64,000 nucleotides of DNA from a virus, in the IMG/VR virus record IMGVR_UViG_3300029996_000158, one strand, 5' to 3'. A program made the position numbers and the translations under genes. Below are positions 8,623-17,332 of this stretch, piece by piece (position 1 is the first letter of the stretch; every line of letters starts with the position of its first letter). The notes under the pieces are model-generated. The model ran no database searches and was not told the origin of the DNA. It saw only the letters and a list, made by a program, of their open reading frames with translations.

Positions 8623-8981
8623 ACTCAGACCTAAAAATTACTTTATCAAGGGTAATAGAAAAACCATTACAAATCAATGGTATAGATACTGAAACCCAAT
8701 ACATTCATGAACTATTCAAACGTTTGGTATTCTATGAATTACTAAACAAACTAAACCTAAAAGACCTATACTATTATAGGGACAATGTCAAATACTGCCC
8801 AGGTAAGGTAGAGATAAACTTCGTACTAAACAAGGAAGAACTAGACCTATTAATAAACCAAATATCCAGTATGGATAATGTACAACAAACCTATATAAAA
8901 TTTCAAAAAGAACTAAGCAATCTAAGCAAGGAAGAACAAAAAGAATTATTAGAGTTAATAATCAGAAGAAATAATATCTAA
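8613..8981 (+). CDS. Hypothetical protein
   Basis: Track ORF with a 10-nt overlap with the previous gene. Confidence 0.55.
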   Translation: MEMNSDLKITLSRVIEKPLQINGIDTETQYIHELFKRLVFYELLNKLNLKDLYYYRDNVKYCPGKVEINFVLNKEELDLLINQISSMDNVQQTYIKFQKELSNLSKEEQKELLELIIRRNNI

Positions 8982-9012
8982 GTCTCTAGAACTCAAAATA
9001 AAAAAGCAAATT

Positions 9013-9549
9013 ATGGAAGATTTAAACCTATTATCAGAAAATATAATAAACCAAATCCTAAGTAAAATAACCCAGATAAATTGGAATGAAGACCAGGTAG
9101 ATACAACCCTAAACCAAATATCCCAGATAGAAAAAGAACTAAATCTAGACCATGACCTAATCCTACTACCAAACTTCCCATATATAAAGGGTTACCTAGA
9201 CGATTACAAATTCCTGATAATTCTAGAGAATAAAAGATATATCCTCCTCCAAGATATACCAAACCAATTATATGACTATCTAGAACAAATAGAATTAATA
9301 CCAATCCAAGGATATAAAACCACCTACCAAGACCTAGAATACAAATACAAATACCACATCAAGTTCCGAACCCAAATAAACCAAATAAAGAACCAAGTAT
9401 CCGATAAAACCGAATCCCTGATAGAGAACCTAATAATAACCAACAACCTAGAAAATATAAACATAGACCTAGTGATTAAATCCGATAAAGAACCTAATAA
9501 TATCCCCGAACAAAAACCAACAAAAGAACTTAATCCCAAGACTAAGTAA
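9013..9549 (+). CDS. Hypothetical protein
   Basis: Track ORF, the last gene before the non-coding island. The antisense track ORFs across it are rejected. Confidence 0.55.
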   Translation: MEDLNLLSENIINQILSKITQINWNEDQVDTTLNQISQIEKELNLDHDLILLPNFPYIKGYLDDYKFLIILENKRYILLQDIPNQLYDYLEQIELIPIQGYKTTYQDLEYKYKYHIKFRTQINQIKNQVSDKTESLIENLIITNNLENINIDLVIKSDKEPNNIPEQKPTKELNPKTK

Positions 9550-9656
9550 ATAGGATTAAATACTATCAGGTACCCAGAACAAAATAAAGAACCAAATCCC
9601 AAGACCTAAGAATAAGAACCAACCCCAAACAAAAAATTAATAAAAATAAATAATAT

Positions 9657-9728
9657 AAAGGAACCTAATATAAATACCTCTATATAATAAACTTATAAAT
9701 ATAAGGTATCTAAGGTTCCTTTTTTGTT
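9657..9728 (+). terminator. Extended hairpin / terminator candidate
   Basis: AAAGGAACCT (9657..9666) pairs with AGGTTCCTTT (9713..9722), with an inner ATACCT/AGGTAT pairing. Followed by a T-run. Confidence 0.5.
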
Positions 9729-10111
9729 TCAGGATTATTAAATCCCAGTATAAAAATAGACCTTCCCAAAAAATTGAAAAAACCTATTTCTAAGCTCAAA
9801 ACTAATATCAAAATAGCTCACTTTTGAGCCCAAAGCCGGGATGTTTTTCGGTAGCTCTAGGAAGTTCCAAGGAGTACTGTTCCCACCTACCCAAAGGCTA
9901 CCTTGTGGCCCTTATTTTAGGGCCCAAAAGGCTGCCCAGAGGTACCTAAAAAGCCCTAAAACCCCTACCTAAAATTGCCTAAAAGGCAACCTAAAATCCA
10001 AATCTAGGTACCTAAGAATCCTTATCTAGGACCTTCAAGGATTAAAGCCCAAATGACGACATACCTCTATATATCATACAAAACATATACTATTCAAAAT
10101 CCCAAGAAATA

Positions 10112-10371
10112 AATTGCCTAAATCCGAATCCGAATCCGAACCTTAACCCAATACTCCCTCTAATATAATATATATATTATATAATAAAGTACTTAGGATT
10201 CAAGGCCTTGAAATTATTTAGGATTCTGAAAGAATACTGATATACTATAGTATTGAGTACTATCATGCTTTAAATTAAAATCCTAATCCTACTAGGCCTT
10301 AAATTTACTTTATATTATTATATAATATATATATATAATATAAGGGTTCGGATTTATTAATTTAGGCAATT
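10112..10371. repeat. About 260-bp imperfect inverted repeat centred on ATACTATAGTAT (10242..10253)
   Basis: The arms share these blocks in mirror order: AATTGCCTAAAT (10112..10123) / ATTTAGGCAATT (10360..10371), ATCCGAACC(C)TTA, TATATATATATTATATAATA, AAAGTA, AAGGCCT, TAGGATT. Confidence 0.7.
10121..10140. repeat. Hexamer tandem repeat (AATCCG)x3.3
   Basis: aatccgaatccgaatccgaa read directly, inside the left arm of the large inverted repeat. Confidence 0.8.
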
Positions 10372-10741
10372 CTGGGTACCCAGAATTATTAGGTTTAGGT
10401 ACCTATATTTAGGGATTTTGGGTTCTGGTTTATAATCGGATTTTGTTTTCAGGTACCTAGAATAGGTAATTTATTTTAGGATTTAGGGCCCAAAAGTATC
10501 TGGGATTTTTAAAATTTCCCATCAACAATGTGCAAAAGATTTAAGGCCCTTTGGGTTATTTTCAATAAACATCTTAGTAAGTTATTAGTATAAAGTTAAG
10601 AGTTAATATTAAAACTAATAAATAAGTTCTAGAAGGTATATTAAAATTAATGATAAGTAGACCATATAGTGGAGATATGAGATATCAAGTATATTTTAGA
10701 GGATTAAAAATTAAGGCTTAATTCAAGGCCCCGAATTTTTA

Positions 10742-10773
10742 TTTGCATATTATTATATTATATATTATATTTG
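10742..10773 (+). promoter_or_regulatory. Bacteroidota-type promoter
   Basis: TTTG (10742..10745), a 20-nt spacer, TATATTTG (10766..10773), upstream of ATG 10827. Confidence 0.6.
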
Positions 10774-10826
10774 CATTGCAATTAAATGCAATAATATTAT
10801 TTAACAACACTTAAACATTAAACACA

Positions 10827-11192
10827 ATGATTACAATCAAAAGTCATTTTTCATTCTCAGGAATCAATATTCCTAGTACAGTTACTTGTTCAATTACCTC
10901 TTATTTTAAGGGGGACACCTTTATCCAGGACATTGATTTCCCAACCACATTAATCACAGAGCCTCTGGGACAAAATTACATTAAAACAATAATAAAAAAC
11001 AATCTAGAGACTCTAGAAAACTACCTAACCCAGTTAAGACAATATCCTAATGACTCAGAAATTGCCTCGGAAACAATAGAACTATTCAATGCAATAAAAC
11101 AAATAAATAAACACTTATTGCCCAATAACCAAATATTTGACCTAGACTCATATAACCCAACAATACAAAACCTTTTAAATAACTTAAAATAA
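10827..11192 (+). CDS. Hypothetical protein
   Basis: Track ORF, the first gene behind promoter 10742..10773. Confidence 0.6.
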   Translation: MITIKSHFSFSGINIPSTVTCSITSYFKGDTFIQDIDFPTTLITEPLGQNYIKTIIKNNLETLENYLTQLRQYPNDSEIASETIELFNAIKQINKHLLPNNQIFDLDSYNPTIQNLLNNLK

Positions 11193-11200
11193 TAACCACT

Positions 11201-11623
11201 ATGGATGCTCTAGAACTTAACAATCAAATTGCACAATTAATCACAGATTTCATCGCTTATATCCCCACAATAGGGGAATTCGACCCAAGCAATGAAAGAC
11301 CTAACAAGGATTTCATTCCAATCCTAGAACTTGCAAACCTAAATTACACATTGCACCCAAATGATCACTCCTCACAATTAAATATAACGCTTAGAAATAC
11401 AATGGATTCTAAGGAAGAGGAATTCAATGAATATCTACAAAATAGAATCGGTGAATATGTTCAAGGTTTCATTGAAAAGTTAACACAATTAACAGGATTA
11501 CATCAAATCCCAGTTAATAATACCCAATTAAAAATATATCAACACCCAAGAATGGGGGATACCTTAACATATCATGAATCAGATTTCAATTATTATATTA
11601 CTTATTCACAATATTTAGACTAA
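11201..11623 (+). CDS. Hypothetical protein
   Basis: Track ORF; a terminator follows at 11657. Confidence 0.6.
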   Translation: MDALELNNQIAQLITDFIAYIPTIGEFDPSNERPNKDFIPILELANLNYTLHPNDHSSQLNITLRNTMDSKEEEFNEYLQNRIGEYVQGFIEKLTQLTGLHQIPVNNTQLKIYQHPRMGDTLTYHESDFNYYITYSQYLD

Positions 11624-11656
11624 GTTTCCATAATAATAACATAATCCTGAATGACT

Positions 11657-11686
11657 GGGAGACCTAAAAAGTCTCCCTTTCTTTTT
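11657..11686 (+). terminator. Rho-independent terminator
   Basis: GGGAGAC (11657..11663), a 7-nt loop, GTCTCCC (11671..11677), then TTTCTTTTT. Confidence 0.7.
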
Positions 11687-11900
11687 GTGAATCAGAAAAT
11701 TCCTACCAACAAAGGCCCAAACCGAAAAGAGCCTTTACCTTATGACAATTATTGTAATCCTGATTTTAAGAATCACCCAATAAATTACTTCCTACGCCCT
11801 ATAACACATCCTGACCCAATATTCAGGAACTCAATCCTACACTTACCCACTGGGAGCAAAATTATTATATAATATATGATTGGAATAAAAATATAATTAT

Positions 11901-11908
11901 TATATTTG
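11901..11908 (+). promoter_or_regulatory. -7 box TATATTTG (no clear -33 element)
   Basis: TATATTTG lies 33 nt upstream of ATG 11941. The -33 position lacks TTTG. Confidence 0.35.
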
Positions 11909-11940
11909 CATTGTATTATTAACAACTAAAATTTATTTTT

Positions 11941-12498
11941 ATGGAAACAAAAAATTATTTAGAGAGAGTAAACGAATTAAATGCAATTGCAACTAATTTA
12001 TTTATGGGACCCACAAAACCCAATTACAAACTTGCCATAATTACGACCATAGACTATGCAGGAGCCTATGGACTTGCATTACCTGGCAGCCTAAACCTTA
12101 TTAATAACGAATACTTCGAAATAACGGGTAATCCAGAACTCGAGGGTTACTTTGCCCAAGTAACCTCCTTACCCTTTACCACTCAGGAAAACCTAAAACG
12201 ACAAATCGCTTTAATAATAAATTACAACATAATTTACCTAAATAACTGGTTAAACTCCAATCCTGACGATGGGGACTATTTCGACTATATACCTAGCTTA
12301 ATCGACCAAATGCTCCAACTAATAAACTTAGGCTTTAAAACCTTGGACACTTTTAAAACGGAATACAACCATATTTACGAAAAACTCCAAACACAAATTA
12401 ATAAATATAACGAAATGGACCCCGAAAACGGTGCAAACCATATTAACCTAAATACCTTCACCTTAACCGAAGGTTACATGATACATATGCACCTATAA
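11941..12498 (+). CDS. Hypothetical protein
   Basis: Track ORF. It is noticeably richer in C and in CpG than the flanking early genes. Confidence 0.6.
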   Translation: METKNYLERVNELNAIATNLFMGPTKPNYKLAIITTIDYAGAYGLALPGSLNLINNEYFEITGNPELEGYFAQVTSLPFTTQENLKRQIALIINYNIIYLNNWLNSNPDDGDYFDYIPSLIDQMLQLINLGFKTLDTFKTEYNHIYEKLQTQINKYNEMDPENGANHINLNTFTLTEGYMIHMHL

Positions 12499-12515
12499 AA
12501 AACCTAAACCCAATT

Positions 12516-12547
12516 AGGAGCCCTCAACAATGGGCTCCTTTTATTTT
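12516..12547 (+). terminator. Rho-independent terminator
   Basis: AGGAGCCC (12516..12523) / GGGCTCCT (12532..12539), followed by TTTTATTTT. Confidence 0.7.
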
Positions 12548-12601
12548 CGCCTTAAAGGGACCACCTACGCCCTTTAAGCAAAATTAGCAAATTTTATCAA
12601 T

Positions 12602-12646
12602 CGCTTGAATCCTTATATCGCTTGAAAATAACCACATACGCTTGAA
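12602..12646 (+). promoter_or_regulatory. Three direct CGCTTGAA repeats (candidate protein-binding sites)
   Basis: CGCTTGAA at 12602..12609, 12619..12626 and 12639..12646, with start-to-start spacing of 17 and 20 bp. Confidence 0.5.
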
Positions 12647-13030
12647 AACCTTTTACTATCTAATCTTTCCTTATCTATCAAAGAAACAAGGCAATATATA
12701 AACCCTATTCTAGAGCCTCAAAGAATTTAAACATATTTACTCTAATGGCCATAATTCTATTATTTCTAAGAAATATTACTTCCTACCTGATTTACTACAT
12801 ACCCAATCCTAAATATATAACCCAATATAAATACCAACAAATCGATTTCCTAAAACTATACATACCTAATCAGATAATTAATATATTGCTAACAACGCAT
12901 GTGCACCTTTCAGGCATACCAACAATGGTTCCCATCAACAAGGGCCTAATCTTACTAACGCCTTCAGACCCCCGTGGCAAATTTGTAAAAAATTGTAAAA
13001 AGAAATAAAAATAAAAATTATTTATTTTCA

Positions 13031-13082
13031 TTCTAAATAATTTTTTATTTAGAAAATTTCTAAATAATTTTTTTCTAAATAA
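13031..13082 (+). promoter_or_regulatory. TTCTAAATAA repeats (3 direct, 1 inverted) upstream of a promoter
   Basis: TTCTAAATAA at 13031, 13058 and 13073. An inverted copy TTATTTAGAA lies near 13046. The promoter at 13100 follows immediately. Confidence 0.5.
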
Positions 13083-13099
13083 TAATTTTTATTTTTTAA

Positions 13100-13130
13100 C
13101 TTGCACAATAAAAATAAAAGCCCTATATTT
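13100..13130 (+). promoter_or_regulatory. Bacteroidota-type promoter
   Basis: TTG (13100..13102), a 20-nt spacer, TATATTTG (13123..13130), upstream of ATG 13212. Confidence 0.55.
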
Positions 13131-13211
13131 GTAACGTAATCGAAAGGGAGATATTTCCTAATTCATTACACATTATTATATTATTGTTTAACTTTCTAAT
13201 TTTTTTTATTT

Positions 13212-13571
13212 ATGGAAACAAAAAATTTTATCGACGAATTATTAACAAGTGACGTATTTGTTAAAAATTCAAATGGAAAAAAATCCTCAATTTATAAGAG
13301 GGAATTATTTGCGGGATTGTTGGACGACGACAAAAAAAAATTACGTAGAAAGTTACGTAAAACTTTACAAAACAAATTTTTAGCCACATTTTTAACAATT
13401 CGTAAAAATGAAACTGAATTGAAAAAATTGTCAAAAATTTGGGTTGAATACGCAAACAAAGTATATAATAATATAGATATTGTTTGCGAATCAAATACAG
13501 ATATTGAAACGCAAAAACTAATTAAGCAATTTTTGGAATCAATGAAAAATTGTGCTGCAAAAACAAAATAA
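13212..13571 (+). CDS. Hypothetical basic protein
   Basis: Track ORF behind promoter 13100..13130. K/R-rich (KKKLRRKLRKTLQNK). Confidence 0.6.
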   Translation: METKNFIDELLTSDVFVKNSNGKKSSIYKRELFAGLLDDDKKKLRRKLRKTLQNKFLATFLTIRKNETELKKLSKIWVEYANKVYNNIDIVCESNTDIETQKLIKQFLESMKNCAAKTK

Positions 13572-13626
13572 ATTTCTAATTGAGTAGGGGGATAAACTCC
13601 CCTACTCCAAAAATCAAAAAAAAATA

Positions 13627-13944
13627 ATGAAAAGGGAAAATAAACGTTATATTAACTTTGTCAGAAAGGAAATACAAAACGAATTAGATATTTTTCAAAG
13701 TTTTTTTTCAACTCCAATTTTTGAAAAAAAAGTTGTGTATAAAGACGGGGATAAGATTTATATTTGCTTTCGTGATAATGAAAAGTTTTTAGAAAAATTT
13801 AATCAAAATTTTTACAAAGACTTAAAAAGAAAAATTCTTATCTCGATTCGTTCTAAACTAATTCGTGATAAAAAATTTAAGTTAAAACGATTGGTCAATT
13901 TTGAAAAACAAAATATTACTGCAATCATTTATGAAACTCTTTAA
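13627..13944 (+). CDS. Hypothetical basic protein
   Basis: Track ORF, followed by strong terminator 14011..14040. Confidence 0.6.
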   Translation: MKRENKRYINFVRKEIQNELDIFQSFFSTPIFEKKVVYKDGDKIYICFRDNEKFLEKFNQNFYKDLKRKILISIRSKLIRDKKFKLKRLVNFEKQNITAIIYETL

Positions 13945-14010
13945 TGATTTATAATAAGGAAAGGTTATTTATCGAAATGGAATAATATTTTTTAGTTAAT
14001 TAAGTTAATA

Positions 14011-14040
14011 AGGGGGACAAAATTTGTCCCCTATTTTTTT
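14011..14040 (+). terminator. Rho-independent terminator
   Basis: GGGGACAAA (14013..14021) / TTTGTCCCC (14023..14031), followed by a T7 run. Confidence 0.75.
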
Positions 14041-14406
14041 ACATTATTTTGTTAAATATTGGACACCCTACCCCCCTCTAAATGCCACTACCCAAACAGC
14101 CTATAGTAATGGGCCCACTGGGGGATTGAACTACTGAACAACTAAGGTAACGAACAACTAAAAGAACTTTAAGAACAAGGAGAATAAGGAACCCCAAAAA
14201 AATCTGAACACCCCCTATCCCATTTCATAAACCAAAACCCAAATTATCCCTCAAGCCCAATTTCAAAAAAAAATCCAATCCCATATATAGTAATGGGTTC
14301 CCAAAAATCCTTATAAATCCAAACCTTATTTCAATTAAAAAGGGCTACCTCTAAGAAAATATAAATATATCTTCAAAGAGATAACCCTAAAATAAAAACT
14401 AAAACT

Positions 14407-14643
14407 CTAGAAAAGAATATAAAGAATAAATCCTATGCCATATAAAATAACCATAACTGAATTCCATAAATCCTTATTGAATACTTTATTCAAATGGTCA
14501 AATACAATTGAGATTAGGTTTAATATTAAAACCAGGGAAAGGATTACTACCAATATAATGGATTTCTCATCACCAGCAAAATATTGCATTAGGAAAAACC
14601 CAAAAGAAAATCCAAAGAATAGATTTATAATATCTCTTGTCAT
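14407..14643 (-). CDS. Small membrane protein
   Basis: 78 aa with 2-3 hydrophobic helices (LFFGFSFGFFLMQYF, IILVVILSLVLILNLISIVF, VMVILYGIGFILYILF). 4-nt overlap with the upstream gene. Confidence 0.6.
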   Translation of the reverse strand: MTRDIINLFFGFSFGFFLMQYFAGDEKSIILVVILSLVLILNLISIVFDHLNKVFNKDLWNSVMVILYGIGFILYILF

Positions 14644-14939
14644 CCTACTACCTTTATATCAAATAAACCTTCAATTTCCTCTATGGTAATTCCAAGGGAT
14701 TCCAATTCCAATCTAAGGATATCAAATTCCTCATCTGTAGTTTCAGATATACTGGTTTCCGATAAATGCCTGAATGTAATATAATTATTAAAGGATAGGA
14801 TATTCCTATTATTATCTACACTTAATAGGACCTTGAAATTAATTGCCATATCAGATGATATAGAATTTATAATTCCAATAAATTTACTAAATTTAGCTGT
14901 ACCTTTGATGGTAACTAAGGTTCCTTTTTCTAATTCCAT
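14640..14939 (-). CDS. Hypothetical protein
   Basis: Track ORF in a tightly packed minus-strand array. Confidence 0.6.
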   Translation of the reverse strand: MELEKGTLVTIKGTAKFSKFIGIINSISSDMAINFKVLLSVDNNRNILSFNNYITFRHLSETSISETTDEEFDILRLELESLGITIEEIEGLFDIKVVG

Positions 14940-14942
14940 AAT

Positions 14943-15140
14943 TTATAAACTTTTTTTAAAAAATCCACTATCAATTAATTCAACTATAATAATTACTATC
15001 AATGATGCTGGACTAAGGACTACAAGGAATAAACCCCATAATAAATCCCTAATAGTACATTTATCATTCCATTTTAATTTAATTAGAATAGCTGAAACTA
15101 TTATTACACTAAGTATGCAGTATATTATAACCAAGGTCAT
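14943..15140 (-). CDS. Small membrane protein
   Basis: 65 aa with two hydrophobic helices (LVIIYCILSVIIVSAILI, LLWGLFLVVLSPASLIVIIIV). Confidence 0.55.
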   Translation of the reverse strand: MTLVIIYCILSVIIVSAILIKLKWNDKCTIRDLLWGLFLVVLSPASLIVIIIVELIDSGFFKKSL

Positions 15141-15143
15141 TGC

Positions 15144-15914
15144 TTATTCCTCCCATTCTATCTTTTGTATTCTAATAACATTAGCTGTGGTTTCTCTTGC
15201 AATTTTCTCGGCAGTTTCTTTATCATATATAGCTTCTTTATGAATAATTATCCATCCCTCTTTCTCCTGGGGGAGCATCATTAAGTCATGGTTATGACAT
15301 TTTCCTGATTCATATAACCCATCTTTGGTATAGCTGTATACAGACTCGCTATAAGTGCCTTCATTTACCAAGGCCACAATAGAAAAGTCTTGCCCGTCAT
15401 AAAGATACTTTCTGTCAAAGCAAATAATCCTTGCCTTTCTTCCATCTCTCGTGCAGACTGGTTTGCCTGCTTTGGCTGCTTCAAGGTTAAATTCTTTTAA
15501 GTTTAATTTCTTTTCTTTCATATCTTCTTTGTTTTGTTTAATCTCTACAAATATCTCATCTTTTAGGCATGAATATGCAGGTTGATGGTTTATATAGTAA
15601 CTCAATTTGCAGTTTCTTGAAAAATTATCATAAAAAGCACAATTATTACAAAGAGAATCAGGGACCTTTATTTTCTGATATGATTTATTCTCTACCATAA
15701 TTGGATTCCCAACCTTTTCAAGTTTCCTAAAAACTACGGATTTATAATCTTTCCTATAAGGTGGTAAACAATTTCCTATTATATTAAGTACATTATTACA
15801 ACAAATATTATTATGAGTATTGAAATGGCATATAATACACCCATACCCAGTATTCTCAATACATTGGTACCAATTATCCTGATAATTAAATATTTCACCT
15901 ATTTTTCGTTCCAT
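15144..15914 (-). CDS. Hypothetical Cys-rich protein
   Basis: 256 aa. The N-terminal half has many Cys (CIENTGYGCIICHFNTHNNICCNN...CNNCAFYDNFSRNC). The C-terminal half (AGKPVCTRDGRKARIICFDRK...) has no function I can name. Confidence 0.65.
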   Translation of the reverse strand: MERKIGEIFNYQDNWYQCIENTGYGCIICHFNTHNNICCNNVLNIIGNCLPPYRKDYKSVVFRKLEKVGNPIMVENKSYQKIKVPDSLCNNCAFYDNFSRNCKLSYYINHQPAYSCLKDEIFVEIKQNKEDMKEKKLNLKEFNLEAAKAGKPVCTRDGRKARIICFDRKYLYDGQDFSIVALVNEGTYSESVYSYTKDGLYESGKCHNHDLMMLPQEKEGWIIIHKEAIYDKETAEKIARETTANVIRIQKIEWEE

Positions 15915-16234
15915 AATTCCAATTGTTTCCTTTCTCTTTTTTCCTGTAATTCATATACATTTTCATATAAGTCTCTAATCTTCTTAAAGGTAATTTTAAT
16001 TTTTCTAGAACCTTCTAGTTTTACACTTACCCTTTCCATATAACCTCTAGTTTCAAAATTACTTCTATATCCCAAAACTGTTGTATGTGAATAACCAAGG
16101 TCATTTATTAAATCCATAAAATCAAATTTTTCACCTACTGGTATTTGATTAAATCTTTTCCTAAGGATATCAAATTTACTCATAATATTAATTGTTTTAT
16201 ATTGAATATGTCTACTATATCTCAATTTGGTCAT
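15899..16234 (-). CDS. Hypothetical protein (weak winged-helix resemblance)
   Basis: Track ORF. ATG 16234 abuts the T-run of the upstream terminator, so the internal ATG at 16183 (MSKFDIL...) is an alternative start. DLINDLGYSHTTVLGYRSNFETRGYMERV is HTH-like. Confidence 0.55.
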   Translation of the reverse strand: MTKLRYSRHIQYKTINIMSKFDILRKRFNQIPVGEKFDFMDLINDLGYSHTTVLGYRSNFETRGYMERVSVKLEGSRKIKITFKKIRDLYENVYELQEKRERKQLELWNEK

Positions 16235-16266
16235 AAAAAAATTCCTCTACTTGGAATAGAGGAATT
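16235..16266 (-). terminator. Rho-independent terminator (minus strand)
   Basis: AATTCCTCTA (16240..16249) / TAGAGGAATT (16257..16266). The plus-strand A-run at 16235..16240 reads as a T-run on the minus strand. Confidence 0.7.
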
Positions 16267-16300
16267 GAATAGTAAAAGAAGGAAGAACCAAATACTTCTT

Positions 16301-16777
16301 TTATCTTAAAATTTCAATATTAATACATTCTAATCCCCAAGATTCTTCCATACTGGGGTCAAAATTACCAGTTGTAGAGATTTGTAAGCCACCAAACATA
16401 AATTTTTTACCAGTAGAACTTTGGGAAGTAGAAGTAAGGTATACAGTAGTAAAATTTCTTTGTAAATCATTAGCATTACTGGGGTCAAAATCAATACCGT
16501 GTAAATCAACATATTTATTGTCACTTACCATAATATTACAATATCTTTCTGAAGTAACAATATTCTGAATAACAGAACATGCAAATAGACGTATCAATGG
16601 TGTATTATCACTTCTAGTAACATATATATCAAATGCAATATCACTTGGAGTTAGAGATTTGGCTGACCCACTATTGAATACATTGGTCAAATAAAATCCC
16701 ATTTCTGGGGTAAGGCTATCAAGTTTTACTTCAAACCCATCTAACTCTTCTTTGGGTATAATTGGAATTATTAACAT
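16301..16777 (-). CDS. Hypothetical protein
   Basis: 158-aa track ORF followed on the minus strand by terminator 16235..16266. No motif recognised. Confidence 0.65.
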   Translation of the reverse strand: MLIIPIIPKEELDGFEVKLDSLTPEMGFYLTNVFNSGSAKSLTPSDIAFDIYVTRSDNTPLIRLFACSVIQNIVTSERYCNIMVSDNKYVDLHGIDFDPSNANDLQRNFTTVYLTSTSQSSTGKKFMFGGLQISTTGNFDPSMEESWGLECINIEILR

Positions 16778-16917
16778 ATTATTTTCTTTTTTTTTGGGTT
16801 ATTATTTGGTTCTTCATATCAGAATAGTATATAAAAAAAAATACCACCCAGATTTTCGCAAACCCAGATGGTAGGAACAGTGAAACAATAGACATTCAGG
16901 AATGAGTAATACTATGG

Positions 16918-17121
16918 TTATTTTTTAAAAAGTGTTATTACTGTATATAATAGTAAACTAAGAATTAATATTGGGGATATCATAAATACAGTAGTCATTA
17001 TAAAAAAGTGTCTTAAGTTATTCTTTACACCTTTTACACCTGATTTTCTAACAGTATAATCTATTGCTACTGTTAATATTAACCCAATAAAGTATATCAG
17101 AATTAGAATCTTTATTCCCAT
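16918..17121 (-). CDS. Small membrane protein
   Basis: 67 aa with two hydrophobic helices (ILILIYFIGLILTVAI, FFIMTTVFMISPILILSLLLYTVI). Confidence 0.55.
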   Translation of the reverse strand: MGIKILILIYFIGLILTVAIDYTVRKSGVKGVKNNLRHFFIMTTVFMISPILILSLLLYTVITLFKK

Positions 17122-17122
17122 A

Positions 17123-17332
17123 TTATACTGTTGCTAGAAATATTAAAAATAATGCCCCAATAACCAAAGCCATAATTACACAAGGTAAGAAAAAAGTTCT
17201 GAAATTTGAGAATTCTTCGTCCATTCCTTTAAATACAAGCCAAAAATTCCCAAAATTCCTAGTACTTTCACTTATTGCTTTGGCATATCGTATTCTAATT
17301 ATATACCTTATCATTCCACCTAAACCATTCAT
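17123..17332 (-). CDS. Small membrane protein
   Basis: 69 aa with a C-terminal hydrophobic helix (FFLPCVIMALVIGALFLIFLATV). 4-nt overlap with the upstream gene. Confidence 0.55.
   Translation of the reverse strand: MNGLGGMIRYIIRIRYAKAISESTRNFGNFWLVFKGMDEEFSNFRTFFLPCVIMALVIGALFLIFLATV

Noticed and set aside
9011-9602. Minus-strand track ORFs 9011..9304 and 9324..9602.
   Set aside because: They are G/L/F-rich shadows of the plus-strand gene 9013..9549 in a strongly strand-biased (A/C-rich) region.
10340-10360. GGGTTCGGATTT, superficially like a tRNA T-arm (GGTTCGAATCC), in the non-coding island.
   Set aside because: No acceptor, D or anticodon arms can be built around it. It is the mirror copy of the CCGAA repeats in the inverted repeat. 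I found no tRNA anywhere in the window.
11651-11872. Plus-strand track ORF of 73 aa (MTGRPKKSPFLF...).
   Set aside because: A strong terminator hairpin plus T-run (11657..11686) lies inside its first codons. The product is Pro/Asn-rich with no structure. The interval reads better as terminator plus promoter spacer.
12745-13008. Plus-strand track ORF of 87 aa inside the 12499..13211 gap.
   Set aside because: It has no promoter-like element or coupling to neighbours, and the peptide is Ile/Leu/Tyr/Pro-rich. It sits between repeat arrays that look regulatory. I keep it as unlikely coding, though it cannot be fully excluded.
12602-13082. Short direct repeats (CGCTTGAA x3, TTCTAAATAA x3) considered as a possible CRISPR-like array.
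   Set aside because: The repeats are only 8-10 nt with 9-17-nt spacers, far below CRISPR dimensions, and no cas genes are present. They are better explained as operator or iteron sites.
13582-13607. Hairpin GAGTAGGGG / CCCCTACTC between 13571 and 13627, considered as a terminator.
   Set aside because: It is followed by an A-run rather than a T-run on the plus strand, and the two flanking genes look co-transcribed. It may be an RNA stability element, but it is not called.
14435-16043. Plus-strand track ORFs 14435..14689, 14833..15243 and 15813..16043 across the minus-strand cassette.
   Set aside because: The minus-strand ORFs form a gap-free, overlap-coupled array with sensible proteins. The plus-strand ORFs are I/L/S/F-rich antisense shadows and do not tile.
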